Source: Bacteroidota bacterium
Lineage (GTDB): Bacteria > Bacteroidota > Bacteroidia > Bacteroidales > JAIPAH01
Assembly: GCA_051747665.1 (NCBI GenBank)
Contig: JBNJGK010000002.1
Span: 2,267-49,201 of the forward strand
Direction of reading: 5' to 3'
Length of the DNA stretch: 46,935 bases
Shown: one piece after another, positions 1 through 8,275 of the stretch
Layout of the letters: every line of letters begins with the position of its first letter
How positions within the stretch are numbered: position 1 is the first letter of the stretch
Program-made: the position numbers and the translations under genes
Notes under the pieces: model-generated
Database searches by the model: none
The model's input: the letters and a program-made list of their open reading frames with translations, nothing else
What the model was told of the DNA's origin: nothing

Positions 1-275
1 AGCGTCATTTCGTAGTCCATGTTTCGCGATGTAAAAACTTAGAGGCTTTTAAAGTCTCATAAGCGAAACAATGGACAAGAAATCTCATTCAGTCAATTTT
101 ATACATTCACTAAGTAATCAAGTTAACACCTCAATAATTAAAATGCCAGATTTACTTTTTTTATTTGACTATAATGCCTCAATTAAACATTTACCCCAAA
201 AGAATATAACCACTGCTGTAAACAGATTTCTGTTTAATAAATAAAATACAATGTTAAACAAATTTTAACTCCTGC

Positions 276-1217
276 TTGTTGTCTTACAAATTTGATAGCG
301 TGAAAACAGAAAAATATATAGAATTAAAGCATGTTACTAAAAAGTATCAGGACCTCACTGCCGTGAATGATTTAAGTTTTTCAGTTTACGAGGGAGATAT
401 TTTTGGTTTTCTGGGTCCGAATGGTTCCGGTAAAAGCACAAGCATACGGATGATGCTTTCGCTTGTAAGACCAACCTCCGGATACATCAATATGTTTGGG
501 TATGATATACGCACACATCGGAATAAGGTACTTAAAAATATCGGCGCCTTAATAGAGCGGCCCGATTTTTACGATTATCTTCCGGCTCAGAAAAACCTTG
601 AGATTTTCGGGAGCCTTAGCCAAACACCCAATCTCAATAATAGAATTGATGAAACTCTTGAACTTGTCGGATTGAGGCAAAGGGCTCAAAGCAAAGTAAA
701 AACTTACTCACAGGGCATGAAGCAACGACTGGGAATTGCTCAGGCACTTTTACACAATCCGAAAATGATAATCCTGGATGAACCGGCTAATGGATTAGAC
801 CCTCAGGGACAAAAAGAAATGCGTGAGCTTATCAAAACCATCAACCAGGAGAAAAAAATTACTATTTTACTTTCGAGTCACATTCTTAGCGAAATAGAGT
901 CAATAGCCAACCGGATGGTCATCATAAACAATGGTATTAGTGTTGCAGAAGGAAGTGTGGATGCCTTGCTTAACGAAAACAAACTTGATGTAACAATTGA
1001 AACAGATGATAACTTAGATACGCATAACGCCCTCAAAAAAACAAAATGGAATGAGAATCTAATCAGTTTTACTGAAAATGCTCTTTTGTTAAATCTTCAA
1101 AAAGACCAGATTCCAGAGGTTACAGCCTGGCTTCAATCTCAGAATAAGAAAATTTATGCCGTAAAACCCGTGCGATCACTCGAAAATTACTTTCTAAAAA
1201 TTACTCAGAATGCTTAG
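276..1217 (+). CDS. ABC transporter ATP-binding protein (ABC-2 exporter type)
   Basis: Walker A GPNGSGKST, ABC signature SQGMKQRLGIAQAL and Walker B IILDEP are present. There is no in-frame ATG near the 5' end, so the start is TTG 276 or GTG 300. The stop overlaps the next ORF by 8 nt. Confidence 0.9.
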   Translation: MLSYKFDSVKTEKYIELKHVTKKYQDLTAVNDLSFSVYEGDIFGFLGPNGSGKSTSIRMMLSLVRPTSGYINMFGYDIRTHRNKVLKNIGALIERPDFYDYLPAQKNLEIFGSLSQTPNLNNRIDETLELVGLRQRAQSKVKTYSQGMKQRLGIAQALLHNPKMIILDEPANGLDPQGQKEMRELIKTINQEKKITILLSSHILSEIESIANRMVIINNGISVAEGSVDALLNENKLDVTIETDDNLDTHNALKKTKWNENLISFTENALLLNLQKDQIPEVTAWLQSQNKKIYAVKPVRSLENYFLKITQNA

Positions 1218-2046
1218 ACTACTATCTACAGAATTATATAAAATCTTTAGCAAACCCAGAACATACATCAGCTTCGGAGCTGTTTTCATCATTGTTACAG
1301 CTCTCGAGGTTGGCCTTTATTTTGAGGGAGCCCAGATTTTAGATTTTGCTATACAGCACCTGAAAGAGCGTTTTATTTTTGAAGGTAACCTTATTAACGC
1401 GCACCTCATTACGCATATCATTCTAAACAGCCTGTTTATACATATTCCATTTCTTATTGCCCTGGTTACCGGAGACCTACTGGCAGGCGAAGCTAATTCA
1501 GGAACGTTCCGCATGTTGCTTATCAGGCCAATAAGCAGAACAAAGCTCCTTACAGCTAAGTTTTTTTCAGGTTGGATTTACATGCTGGCGCTATTGGTAT
1601 TTATGTTTGCACTCAGCATCGGTCTCGGATATCTCATTTTCGGAAGCGGTGATCTGATAGTCTTAAAAGGAACAATACATATTTTTAATGAGGAAGATGT
1701 CTTGTGGCGCTTTTTTGCCGCCTATGGGTTTGGTATTCTGACTATGACTACCGTATCCTCATTATCGTTTATGCTGTCGGCATTTTCATCCAACAGCGTT
1801 GGCCCCATTATCGGAACGGTAGCCATCATCATTGGAATTACTATCATTAGCACGGTAGGATTCACGCTTATGGAACCCGTAAATCCCTATCTATTCACGT
1901 ATTACCTTACTTCTTGGCAACTGTTCTTCGAAACTGAACTTAACACAGATAAACTAAACCTTGCCATTGCTGTGCAGTTAGTTTATACATCAATATTTTT
2001 AGGCATTACATACTATTATTTTAACAAAAAAGATATTTTAAGCTGA
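1210..2046 (+). CDS. ABC-2 family transporter permease
   Basis: 278-aa polytopic hydrophobic protein with about 6 predicted TM segments. It is translationally coupled to the preceding ATPase. Confidence 0.75.
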   Translation: MLRLLSTELYKIFSKPRTYISFGAVFIIVTALEVGLYFEGAQILDFAIQHLKERFIFEGNLINAHLITHIILNSLFIHIPFLIALVTGDLLAGEANSGTFRMLLIRPISRTKLLTAKFFSGWIYMLALLVFMFALSIGLGYLIFGSGDLIVLKGTIHIFNEEDVLWRFFAAYGFGILTMTTVSSLSFMLSAFSSNSVGPIIGTVAIIIGITIISTVGFTLMEPVNPYLFTYYLTSWQLFFETELNTDKLNLAIAVQLVYTSIFLGITYYYFNKKDILS

Positions 2047-2047
2047 T

Positions 2048-2707
2048 ATGATAAAACGCATTCTAACAATTATAATAACCGCAGTAACATTATCGCTGCA
2101 AGCAGGCGAAACACCCGGAGAATTGCTTGAAGCTTTCAAGGAAAAAATTATGAAAGTTCATGATTACAAAGCAAAGGTGAACATCAAAGTAGAAGTAGAC
2201 TTTGTGAAGATCAAAGACCGCAATGCCGTAGTATTATTTGAGCAACCCGACACCTTCAAGTTCAGTGCCGGCGGGTTTGTGCTTTTGCCTAAAAAAGGTG
2301 TGGATATGGAATATCTGTCAATTTTACAGGATGACTTTACAGCATTGGAATCAGGAACAAAAACCATCAGAGATAAAACGGTAAGCGTTATTAGAGTAAT
2401 TCCTGACAATGAAGACAAGGATTTGGTAATGGCGAAAATGTTTATCCATAAAGAAAGCCTTCGAATCTACCGGATGGAATCGTTTACTAAGGAGTCGGGC
2501 ACGTATGAAGTTGACTTTTTCTATGCTGATCATCCCTACGACCTCCCCGACAAACTGAGAGTTACTTTCGATATTAAAAACCAAAAACTTCCCGTTTCGC
2601 TTACAGGCGATATGGAAGCCATTGGCAAAGAGCTGGAAAAGGAACAAGCAAGTGGGGCAGTTATTCTCAATTATTCAGATTATGAAGTAAACCGTAAAAT
2701 AGAATGA
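2048..2707 (+). CDS. Secreted LolA-like / outer-membrane lipoprotein-sorting family protein (putative)
   Basis: N-terminal signal peptide MIKRILTIIITAVTLSLQA. The size and beta-rich sequence resemble LolA-like proteins often linked to ABC-2 exporters. It starts 1 nt after the permease stop. Family assignment is by recall only. Confidence 0.5.
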   Translation: MIKRILTIIITAVTLSLQAGETPGELLEAFKEKIMKVHDYKAKVNIKVEVDFVKIKDRNAVVLFEQPDTFKFSAGGFVLLPKKGVDMEYLSILQDDFTALESGTKTIRDKTVSVIRVIPDNEDKDLVMAKMFIHKESLRIYRMESFTKESGTYEVDFFYADHPYDLPDKLRVTFDIKNQKLPVSLTGDMEAIGKELEKEQASGAVILNYSDYEVNRKIE

Positions 2708-3014
2708 TTACGATTTCTCATAATTGTATATATTATTGATTTAATGGATATTACAATCACCCTTTACAGATATTCCTCATTGTTAGTACCTTATAAATCA
2801 TATTTGCATAAAATCTGGCAAAAAACAACAAAAAACAAATCTATTTGCTATTTGTCTTTTGATCCCGAAAGTTTTCAGGATGTGATTTATTAATTGGCTT
2901 GTGGCTTTTCCAGATTAGGTTCAAGCAATTAAGGCATTTGAGAACATATCAGAAAGCTGACTCCTCCATATTTTTGTTTACAATTTCTGTAAAATCATTT
3001 CAGGACAAGGCACT

Positions 3015-3040
3015 TAGCAACTTACAAACATAGCAACTTA
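3015..3040 (+). promoter_or_regulatory. Perfect 10-nt direct repeat TAGCAACTTA x2 (16-nt period), candidate regulator site
   Basis: TAGCAACTTA occurs at 3015-3024 and again at 3031-3040, about 175 nt upstream of the DUF4154 operon start. Confidence 0.3.
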
Positions 3041-3185
3041 AAAATTGATAAGGTAAACCACCTACAATTTTTTTAAGGTTTTTCACGTAGTAAGCCAATT
3101 GATGTTCATACTATTTTCGAGGCTGATTTAGATAATACTGTTAATAATTATTAGAATCTATTGCTAATAAATGCTCCGGGTTTTA

Positions 3186-3193
3186 TACTTTTG
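3186..3193 (+). promoter_or_regulatory. Bacteroidota-type -7 promoter box (TAnnTTTG)
   Basis: TACTTTTG matches TAnnTTTG 8/8 and lies 22 nt upstream of ATG 3215. Confidence 0.35.
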
Positions 3194-3214
3194 CGGGATT
3201 AGGCAATCTCCGCT

Positions 3215-3727
3215 ATGAAATATGGTGCTATAATACTCGGTTTGTTTATTTATCTGGCTTCTGCCCAAGGGGCTCAAGCTCAATATGATAAATACAAGGC
3301 GCTATATATTTATAATTTCACAAAACGCATAGACTGGCCAAAAGATGAAAACAATAGCGATTTTATCATGGGTGTGTTAGGAAAAAGTGAAATTGTAGAC
3401 CATTTGAAAGGTTTTACCCAAAACAAGAAGGTGATTAACCAGCCTATCAAAGTTGAACAATACCTTTCTGAAGAAAGCATGAGGGATTGTGATTTGCTGG
3501 TTATTACATCCCGGTTTAAAGATTTAACGCCAAAGCTTACAGAACAGTTTGAAAAGGCTCCTGTGCTGATTATCACTGAGGAACCAGGCTCTGAAGGCGA
3601 TATCAATTTCAGGGAAACAGAAAAAGCATTGCTGTTTGAAATCAACCCGGAACAAATCAGGGCAAAACAACTTAAAGTATCGCAATCATTAATCAATTTA
3701 GGAATAGAAATCGGTAATGGAACATAA
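3215..3727 (+). CDS. YfiR-like periplasmic protein (DUF4154)
   Basis: Signal peptide ending AQGAQA. The motif ALYIYNFTKRIDWP matches the DUF4154/YfiR hallmark (LYNFxKFVxWP). A later block GVLG...CDLLVITS also fits. The stop overlaps the next gene by 11 nt. Confidence 0.75.
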   Translation: MKYGAIILGLFIYLASAQGAQAQYDKYKALYIYNFTKRIDWPKDENNSDFIMGVLGKSEIVDHLKGFTQNKKVINQPIKVEQYLSEESMRDCDLLVITSRFKDLTPKLTEQFEKAPVLIITEEPGSEGDINFRETEKALLFEINPEQIRAKQLKVSQSLINLGIEIGNGT

Positions 3728-5936
3728 ACAACTATACATAATATTGTTGTTATTCTCGTTTTTGGCTTCGGCGCAGGCACAAGAACAAGATACGCTCCGG
3801 GTAGAAGATTATACTATTGAGCAAATTTCTGGTATGACCCAGGAAGATTTGCTTAATCTTTCGCTTGAGGATTTAATGCTGCTGGTTAAAAAACTCAAGC
3901 TGAATTCTGTGGAAGAGCTGTATCAGATGATTTTAAATCCGGTAGTAAAAAGCGCTTCCAAAAAAGAAGAGCAGTCCTTTCGGTCGCCATTATCCGTTAC
4001 AGTAATTACGCGTGAAGAACTGCGGCAAAGCGGCGCCCTAAACATCCCGGAGGCTTTGCGCCTGGCTCCCGGAATCATTGTAAGGCAAAAAACAAACGGC
4101 AATTATGATGTGCACATCAGAGGCAACGACAATGTGCCTCCGGGCAAATACCTGTTTGATTCTGAAAATACGATTTCGCTCGTTATGATCGATAACCGGC
4201 CTGTATACAACAACTTCCAGGGAGGCATTTTCTGGGAAGCATTGCCCATTGCCATTGACGACATAAAAAAAATAGAAGTTGTAACCGGTCCGGCCTCAGC
4301 GCTTTATGGCCCCAACGCTGTAACAGGCGCCATCAACATCATTACACACAAACCGGAGAATACGAAAAGACATATTCACAGCAACGTACAATATGGCAAC
4401 GCAAACACCCAAAAAGCCTATCTGAGTGTGAACCAACCAATCAGTAAAAAGATATCTGCAGCAATTTCAGCAAATTATCAACAGCGCGATCGTTTTCAGG
4501 ATGACTACCTGAATTTTGAAGATTATGAATATTATCCTGCCGATTCTTTAGACAATATTATCCCGGAAGCCTCAGAACGCTACCCTGAACCGATGCTGGC
4601 GCTTAAAAACCAGGGAGTAAACCTGGGCGCACGCTATAACAACAACAAGAATTTAACCCTCGACCTGATAGCAGGAGCACAAAAGTCTGAAATTCAAACT
4701 GTTTACCTTGATATTAACAACCTTTCCTTATCGCGCCGTGAGTCAGAAACACAGTATCTTCATTTTAAAGGTAAATGGAATGATTTATCAGCTATGGTTT
4801 CTTATGATAAAGGATTGCAGGATAATGCTGTAGGCTTTTACGGATATAAGTTCAACATTGACAACCTGATTTCTGTACTGGAATATGATTTTGATTTGGG
4901 AATCTTTTCGGTTTCACCTGGAATAAGCTATTCTCAGTCGGTTTTTGACGATACTCCTCACCTGCACGATATTGAAGAAAAAAACGGCCTTTTCAACAAG
5001 GAGGTGGAGCTATCAAACCTCGCTTACTATTTACGCTCTGAAATCAATCCTACTAACAATCTAAGATTTATAGCTGCCCTCAGGATGGATGATTACAACC
5101 TTCCTGCTAAGAATTACTGGAGTTATCAGTTTGTAACCGCTTATTCTATTGGAGAAAAATCGCACTTGCGAATGGTGCTTTCAAGGGCCAACCGCGGGCC
5201 TTTTATGTATGATTTTCATGTAGACCATCGCACTGAATATGTAACTGATGACGGGCATACCGTCATCGAACGATTCATTCCAAATCAAAATCTCGAACTA
5301 GTCAAAATGGATATGCTCGAATTTGGGTTTCGCCATCGCATCAAAGAAAACATCGTAACTGATTTTACATTTTTTTACCACAGAGCGCGCGACTTTTCAA
5401 CTAATGCTATCGATTCCACATCCACTGAGCAAACCATTTCTTACAACTCCACAATTAAAAACAGCAACTTAACATCGCGTCAATTGGGCGCTACAGTGCG
5501 TTTTAATTATGTTATGAATAAAAAGTTCAGCTTTAAAGCATTTGCTACCGGGCAAATCACTATGTTAGAAGATATTAATCTTGATTATGCATTAGAAAAA
5601 GATGACACACCATCGTTTATCACCATTGAATCTGATTTCCTTCACGAATCCACACCTACACTTTACGGCGGATTAATTATGAATTACGTTCCGTCTAACC
5701 GCTGGAACATGAACATGAACCTATACCGCTACGGAAAGCAGCATTTTTTTACAATTGATGGCATCACAGATATTGAATCAAAAACCATAGTGAATATTAA
5801 GGCATCTTATAAATTTTACCGTGAGAATACAATTTTCGTGAATACACGGAATTTCACGGATAACGGCGCTTATGAATTTCCTTTTGCTGATGAAGCCCGT
5901 GGGTTGTACCTTGTCGGGATGAACTTGAATTTTTAA
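3717..5936 (+). CDS. TonB-dependent receptor
   Basis: Signal peptide present. Plug motifs are SVTVITREELRQSGALNIPEALRLAPGI and IEVVTGPASALYGPNAVTGAINIIT. The long beta-barrel region ends in a C-terminal Phe (GMNLNF). Confidence 0.9.
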   Translation: MEHKQLYIILLLFSFLASAQAQEQDTLRVEDYTIEQISGMTQEDLLNLSLEDLMLLVKKLKLNSVEELYQMILNPVVKSASKKEEQSFRSPLSVTVITREELRQSGALNIPEALRLAPGIIVRQKTNGNYDVHIRGNDNVPPGKYLFDSENTISLVMIDNRPVYNNFQGGIFWEALPIAIDDIKKIEVVTGPASALYGPNAVTGAINIITHKPENTKRHIHSNVQYGNANTQKAYLSVNQPISKKISAAISANYQQRDRFQDDYLNFEDYEYYPADSLDNIIPEASERYPEPMLALKNQGVNLGARYNNNKNLTLDLIAGAQKSEIQTVYLDINNLSLSRRESETQYLHFKGKWNDLSAMVSYDKGLQDNAVGFYGYKFNIDNLISVLEYDFDLGIFSVSPGISYSQSVFDDTPHLHDIEEKNGLFNKEVELSNLAYYLRSEINPTNNLRFIAALRMDDYNLPAKNYWSYQFVTAYSIGEKSHLRMVLSRANRGPFMYDFHVDHRTEYVTDDGHTVIERFIPNQNLELVKMDMLEFGFRHRIKENIVTDFTFFYHRARDFSTNAIDSTSTEQTISYNSTIKNSNLTSRQLGATVRFNYVMNKKFSFKAFATGQITMLEDINLDYALEKDDTPSFITIESDFLHESTPTLYGGLIMNYVPSNRWNMNMNLYRYGKQHFFTIDGITDIESKTIVNIKASYKFYRENTIFVNTRNFTDNGAYEFPFADEARGLYLVGMNLNF

Positions 5937-5940
5937 CCAT

Positions 5941-7521
5941 ATGCCCCGAAAAAAGTTTAGCATATATAACAAGCTTACACTTGGATTTGGCATTACTACA
6001 CTCGCAATAATTGCGGGAAGCTTATTCAATTATTATAACCTTGAAAAAAACATCGCCACAGTAAGAAAAATTGCCAACGAACACGCACCGGCTACACAAG
6101 CGCTCAACGACTTGTATTTTGAAGTTTCGAACTCAAAAATGCTGATCAAAAACTGGGTTTTTATTGAAGCGAAAAGCAATACGCCCAATAAACAGCAGTT
6201 GAAAGCCTTTCACAAAAAACGATATCCGAATCTTAAAGATACAATCCGGAAGCTTTCCGCAAATTGGGAAACGCAGGAAAAGGAACAACTCAATACGATT
6301 GCAAAATTGATTGAAGACAGCCTGATTCCACAGCATCGCTTCATCATGAATAAGCTTAACAACTTTGAAGATTATGATAACCCCATGTTGTTGTTTGAGG
6401 CCATGTCAATGGTTGAACAGGAGGAAGACCCGGTAATGGCGCTATCAAACCAAATTCTGGAAAGACTTGATCAGCTTAACGGCATTATCACGGATAAATA
6501 TGATGAGGCCAAAACCCGCATGGAAAATTCCAATGCTCAATTCCGCAACGCGATTCTTGTTGTAGGCGCCGTATTGATCCTTATCAGCCTGGCTACGGGC
6601 TTTTATCTCTCCTACCAGATAGTGCAACCTATAAGAAAACTGCAGCGGGCAACTCAGGAAATCAGCCGTGGAAATCTGGATGTCAGGGTTGGGCTCAACA
6701 GCCAGGACGAATTGCAAGCATTGAGCGATAATTTCGACATCATGACGGAGAACCTCAAAATGAGCCGCCAGAAACTGGAAAGAGCCAATCAGAAACTCTT
6801 AAAATCGCAGCAAAGCCTGGAAAAATCGAATTCAACAAAAGACAAGTTTTTTTCAATCATAGCTCACGATTTGCGGGCTCCTTTCAGTGCTTTTGTTTCA
6901 GTTTCTGAGGTCTTAGCGCATTCACCGGAATCTGTAAGCGAAAGCCGCCGGCAATCTTTTGCCCTCAATATTTACAACTCAGCAAAACACCTTAACAACC
7001 TCATCGATAACCTTCTGCAATGGTCGCGAAGCCAAACAGAACGGCTTGATTTTAATCCCCGTGAAGGTGACCTGAACAAACTACTTGACCAAGCCATACC
7101 CATCGTAAAAACACAAGCACAACAAAAGGAGGTAGAGGTAATAAATGCAACAGAGGAGCCTGTAAAGGCTTCATTTGACCATGATCTGATTGCCGTGGTA
7201 GTTCGAAACCTTCTGTCAAATGCATTGAAATATTCTAAACCCAATACCATAGTAACGCTGAAAGCAGAATATGAAAACGAAAATAAGGTGAAAGTTTCTG
7301 TTGCTGACCAGGGCATTGGCATTGCCCGGGAAGATATACCCAAACTTTTCAGAATTGATGTAAACACAAAATACATCGGACAGTCAACAGAAAAGGGAAC
7401 AGGTCTTGGGTTAATTTTGTGCAAGGAATTCGTTGAAAAACACCAGGGCAATATTTTTGTATCAAGCGCTGTTCATAAAGGAAGCGTTTTTAGTTTTACA
7501 TTACCAAAAACACAAGCATAG
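5941..7521 (+). CDS. Sensor histidine kinase (periplasmic helical sensor-TM-HAMP-HisKA-HATPase)
   Basis: Two TM segments flank a ~170-aa sensor domain. HAMP region PIRKLQRATQEISRGNLDVRV, H-box FSIIAHDLRAP, N-box LLSNALKYS, G-boxes DQGIGI and GTGLGL. Confidence 0.9.
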   Translation: MPRKKFSIYNKLTLGFGITTLAIIAGSLFNYYNLEKNIATVRKIANEHAPATQALNDLYFEVSNSKMLIKNWVFIEAKSNTPNKQQLKAFHKKRYPNLKDTIRKLSANWETQEKEQLNTIAKLIEDSLIPQHRFIMNKLNNFEDYDNPMLLFEAMSMVEQEEDPVMALSNQILERLDQLNGIITDKYDEAKTRMENSNAQFRNAILVVGAVLILISLATGFYLSYQIVQPIRKLQRATQEISRGNLDVRVGLNSQDELQALSDNFDIMTENLKMSRQKLERANQKLLKSQQSLEKSNSTKDKFFSIIAHDLRAPFSAFVSVSEVLAHSPESVSESRRQSFALNIYNSAKHLNNLIDNLLQWSRSQTERLDFNPREGDLNKLLDQAIPIVKTQAQQKEVEVINATEEPVKASFDHDLIAVVVRNLLSNALKYSKPNTIVTLKAEYENENKVKVSVADQGIGIAREDIPKLFRIDVNTKYIGQSTEKGTGLGLILCKEFVEKHQGNIFVSSAVHKGSVFSFTLPKTQA

Positions 7522-7522
7522 T

Positions 7523-8191
7523 ATGGAAAAAATTAAATTGATATTAGTAGACGACCACCCAATTGTAAGAGATGGCATTTTTGCTGCTTTGATGAACGAA
7601 AAACATATTGAAGTTGTAGGAGAAGCCTCAAACGGAGATGAACTTTTCAGACTGCTCAACGAAAACAAAGTGAAAGCCGACGTGATCTTGCTGGACTTGT
7701 CAATGCCAAAAATGTCAGGTGCGGAAATCACACATATCCTCAACAAAGAACATCCAAACCTGAGAGTATTGATCTTTTCCTCTTATACTGATGAAGACTC
7801 AATCTTTTCGTCCATCCAGGCCGGTGCGCTGGGATACTTGCCTAAAGATGCCATGCGCGAGGAGTTGGTTGACGCCATTCAGCAGGTTTATAACCGCCAG
7901 GAATACCTCAGCAAAAGCATTCCGAATACTATCCTGATGAAGTTTATCAATAAAAGCAAAGAAAGCGGCGGAACTATCGAAACCAAAAAAATATCCGAGC
8001 TTACACGCCGTGAGCTTGAAATCCTGAAACTTATCGCAGAGGGTTATCATTACAAGGAAATCGGCGAAAAGCTCTTCATCAGTGCCAGAACTGTAGAGAC
8101 TCACAAAAATAACATTATGCAAAAACTGGGTTTGAACAGCACAATAGAACTGGTTAAGTATGCTATCAAAAACAATGTAATTGAACTATAG
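7523..8191 (+). CDS. Response regulator, NarL/LuxR family
   Basis: Receiver motifs ILVDDHP and ILLDLSMPKMSG. C-terminal LuxR HTH LTRRELEILKLIAEGYHYKEIGEKLFISARTVETHKNNIM. Start is set at ATG 7523, 1 nt after the kinase stop, rather than the track's 7433. Confidence 0.9.
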   Translation: MEKIKLILVDDHPIVRDGIFAALMNEKHIEVVGEASNGDELFRLLNENKVKADVILLDLSMPKMSGAEITHILNKEHPNLRVLIFSSYTDEDSIFSSIQAGALGYLPKDAMREELVDAIQQVYNRQEYLSKSIPNTILMKFINKSKESGGTIETKKISELTRRELEILKLIAEGYHYKEIGEKLFISARTVETHKNNIMQKLGLNSTIELVKYAIKNNVIEL

Positions 8192-8250
8192 CAGCACGAG
8201 CAGTTAAATCAAACCTATGTTGCTGGTGTTGAAAAATCCAACGTTTATCG

Positions 8251-8258
8251 TATTTTTG
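8251..8258 (+). promoter_or_regulatory. Bacteroidota-type -7 promoter box (TAnnTTTG)
   Basis: TATTTTTG is an 8/8 match, 18 nt upstream of ATG 8276. Confidence 0.35.
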
Positions 8259-8275
8259 GCCAAAACTTTTTCCTC

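Noticed and set aside
2744-2893. 49-codon ATG-initiated ORF in the 507-nt gap upstream of the DUF4154 operon
   Set aside because: It lies in AT-rich non-coding-looking sequence with no recognisable product and no -7 box in front, and is probably random.
7433-7522. N-terminal extensions proposed by the ORF track (7433 for the response regulator; also 17882, 33959 and 40769)
   Set aside because: The extensions overlap the preceding gene or lack homology. Internal ATGs at 7523, 17933, 34028 and 40808 give canonical N-termini and the tight stop/start spacing typical of this operon style.
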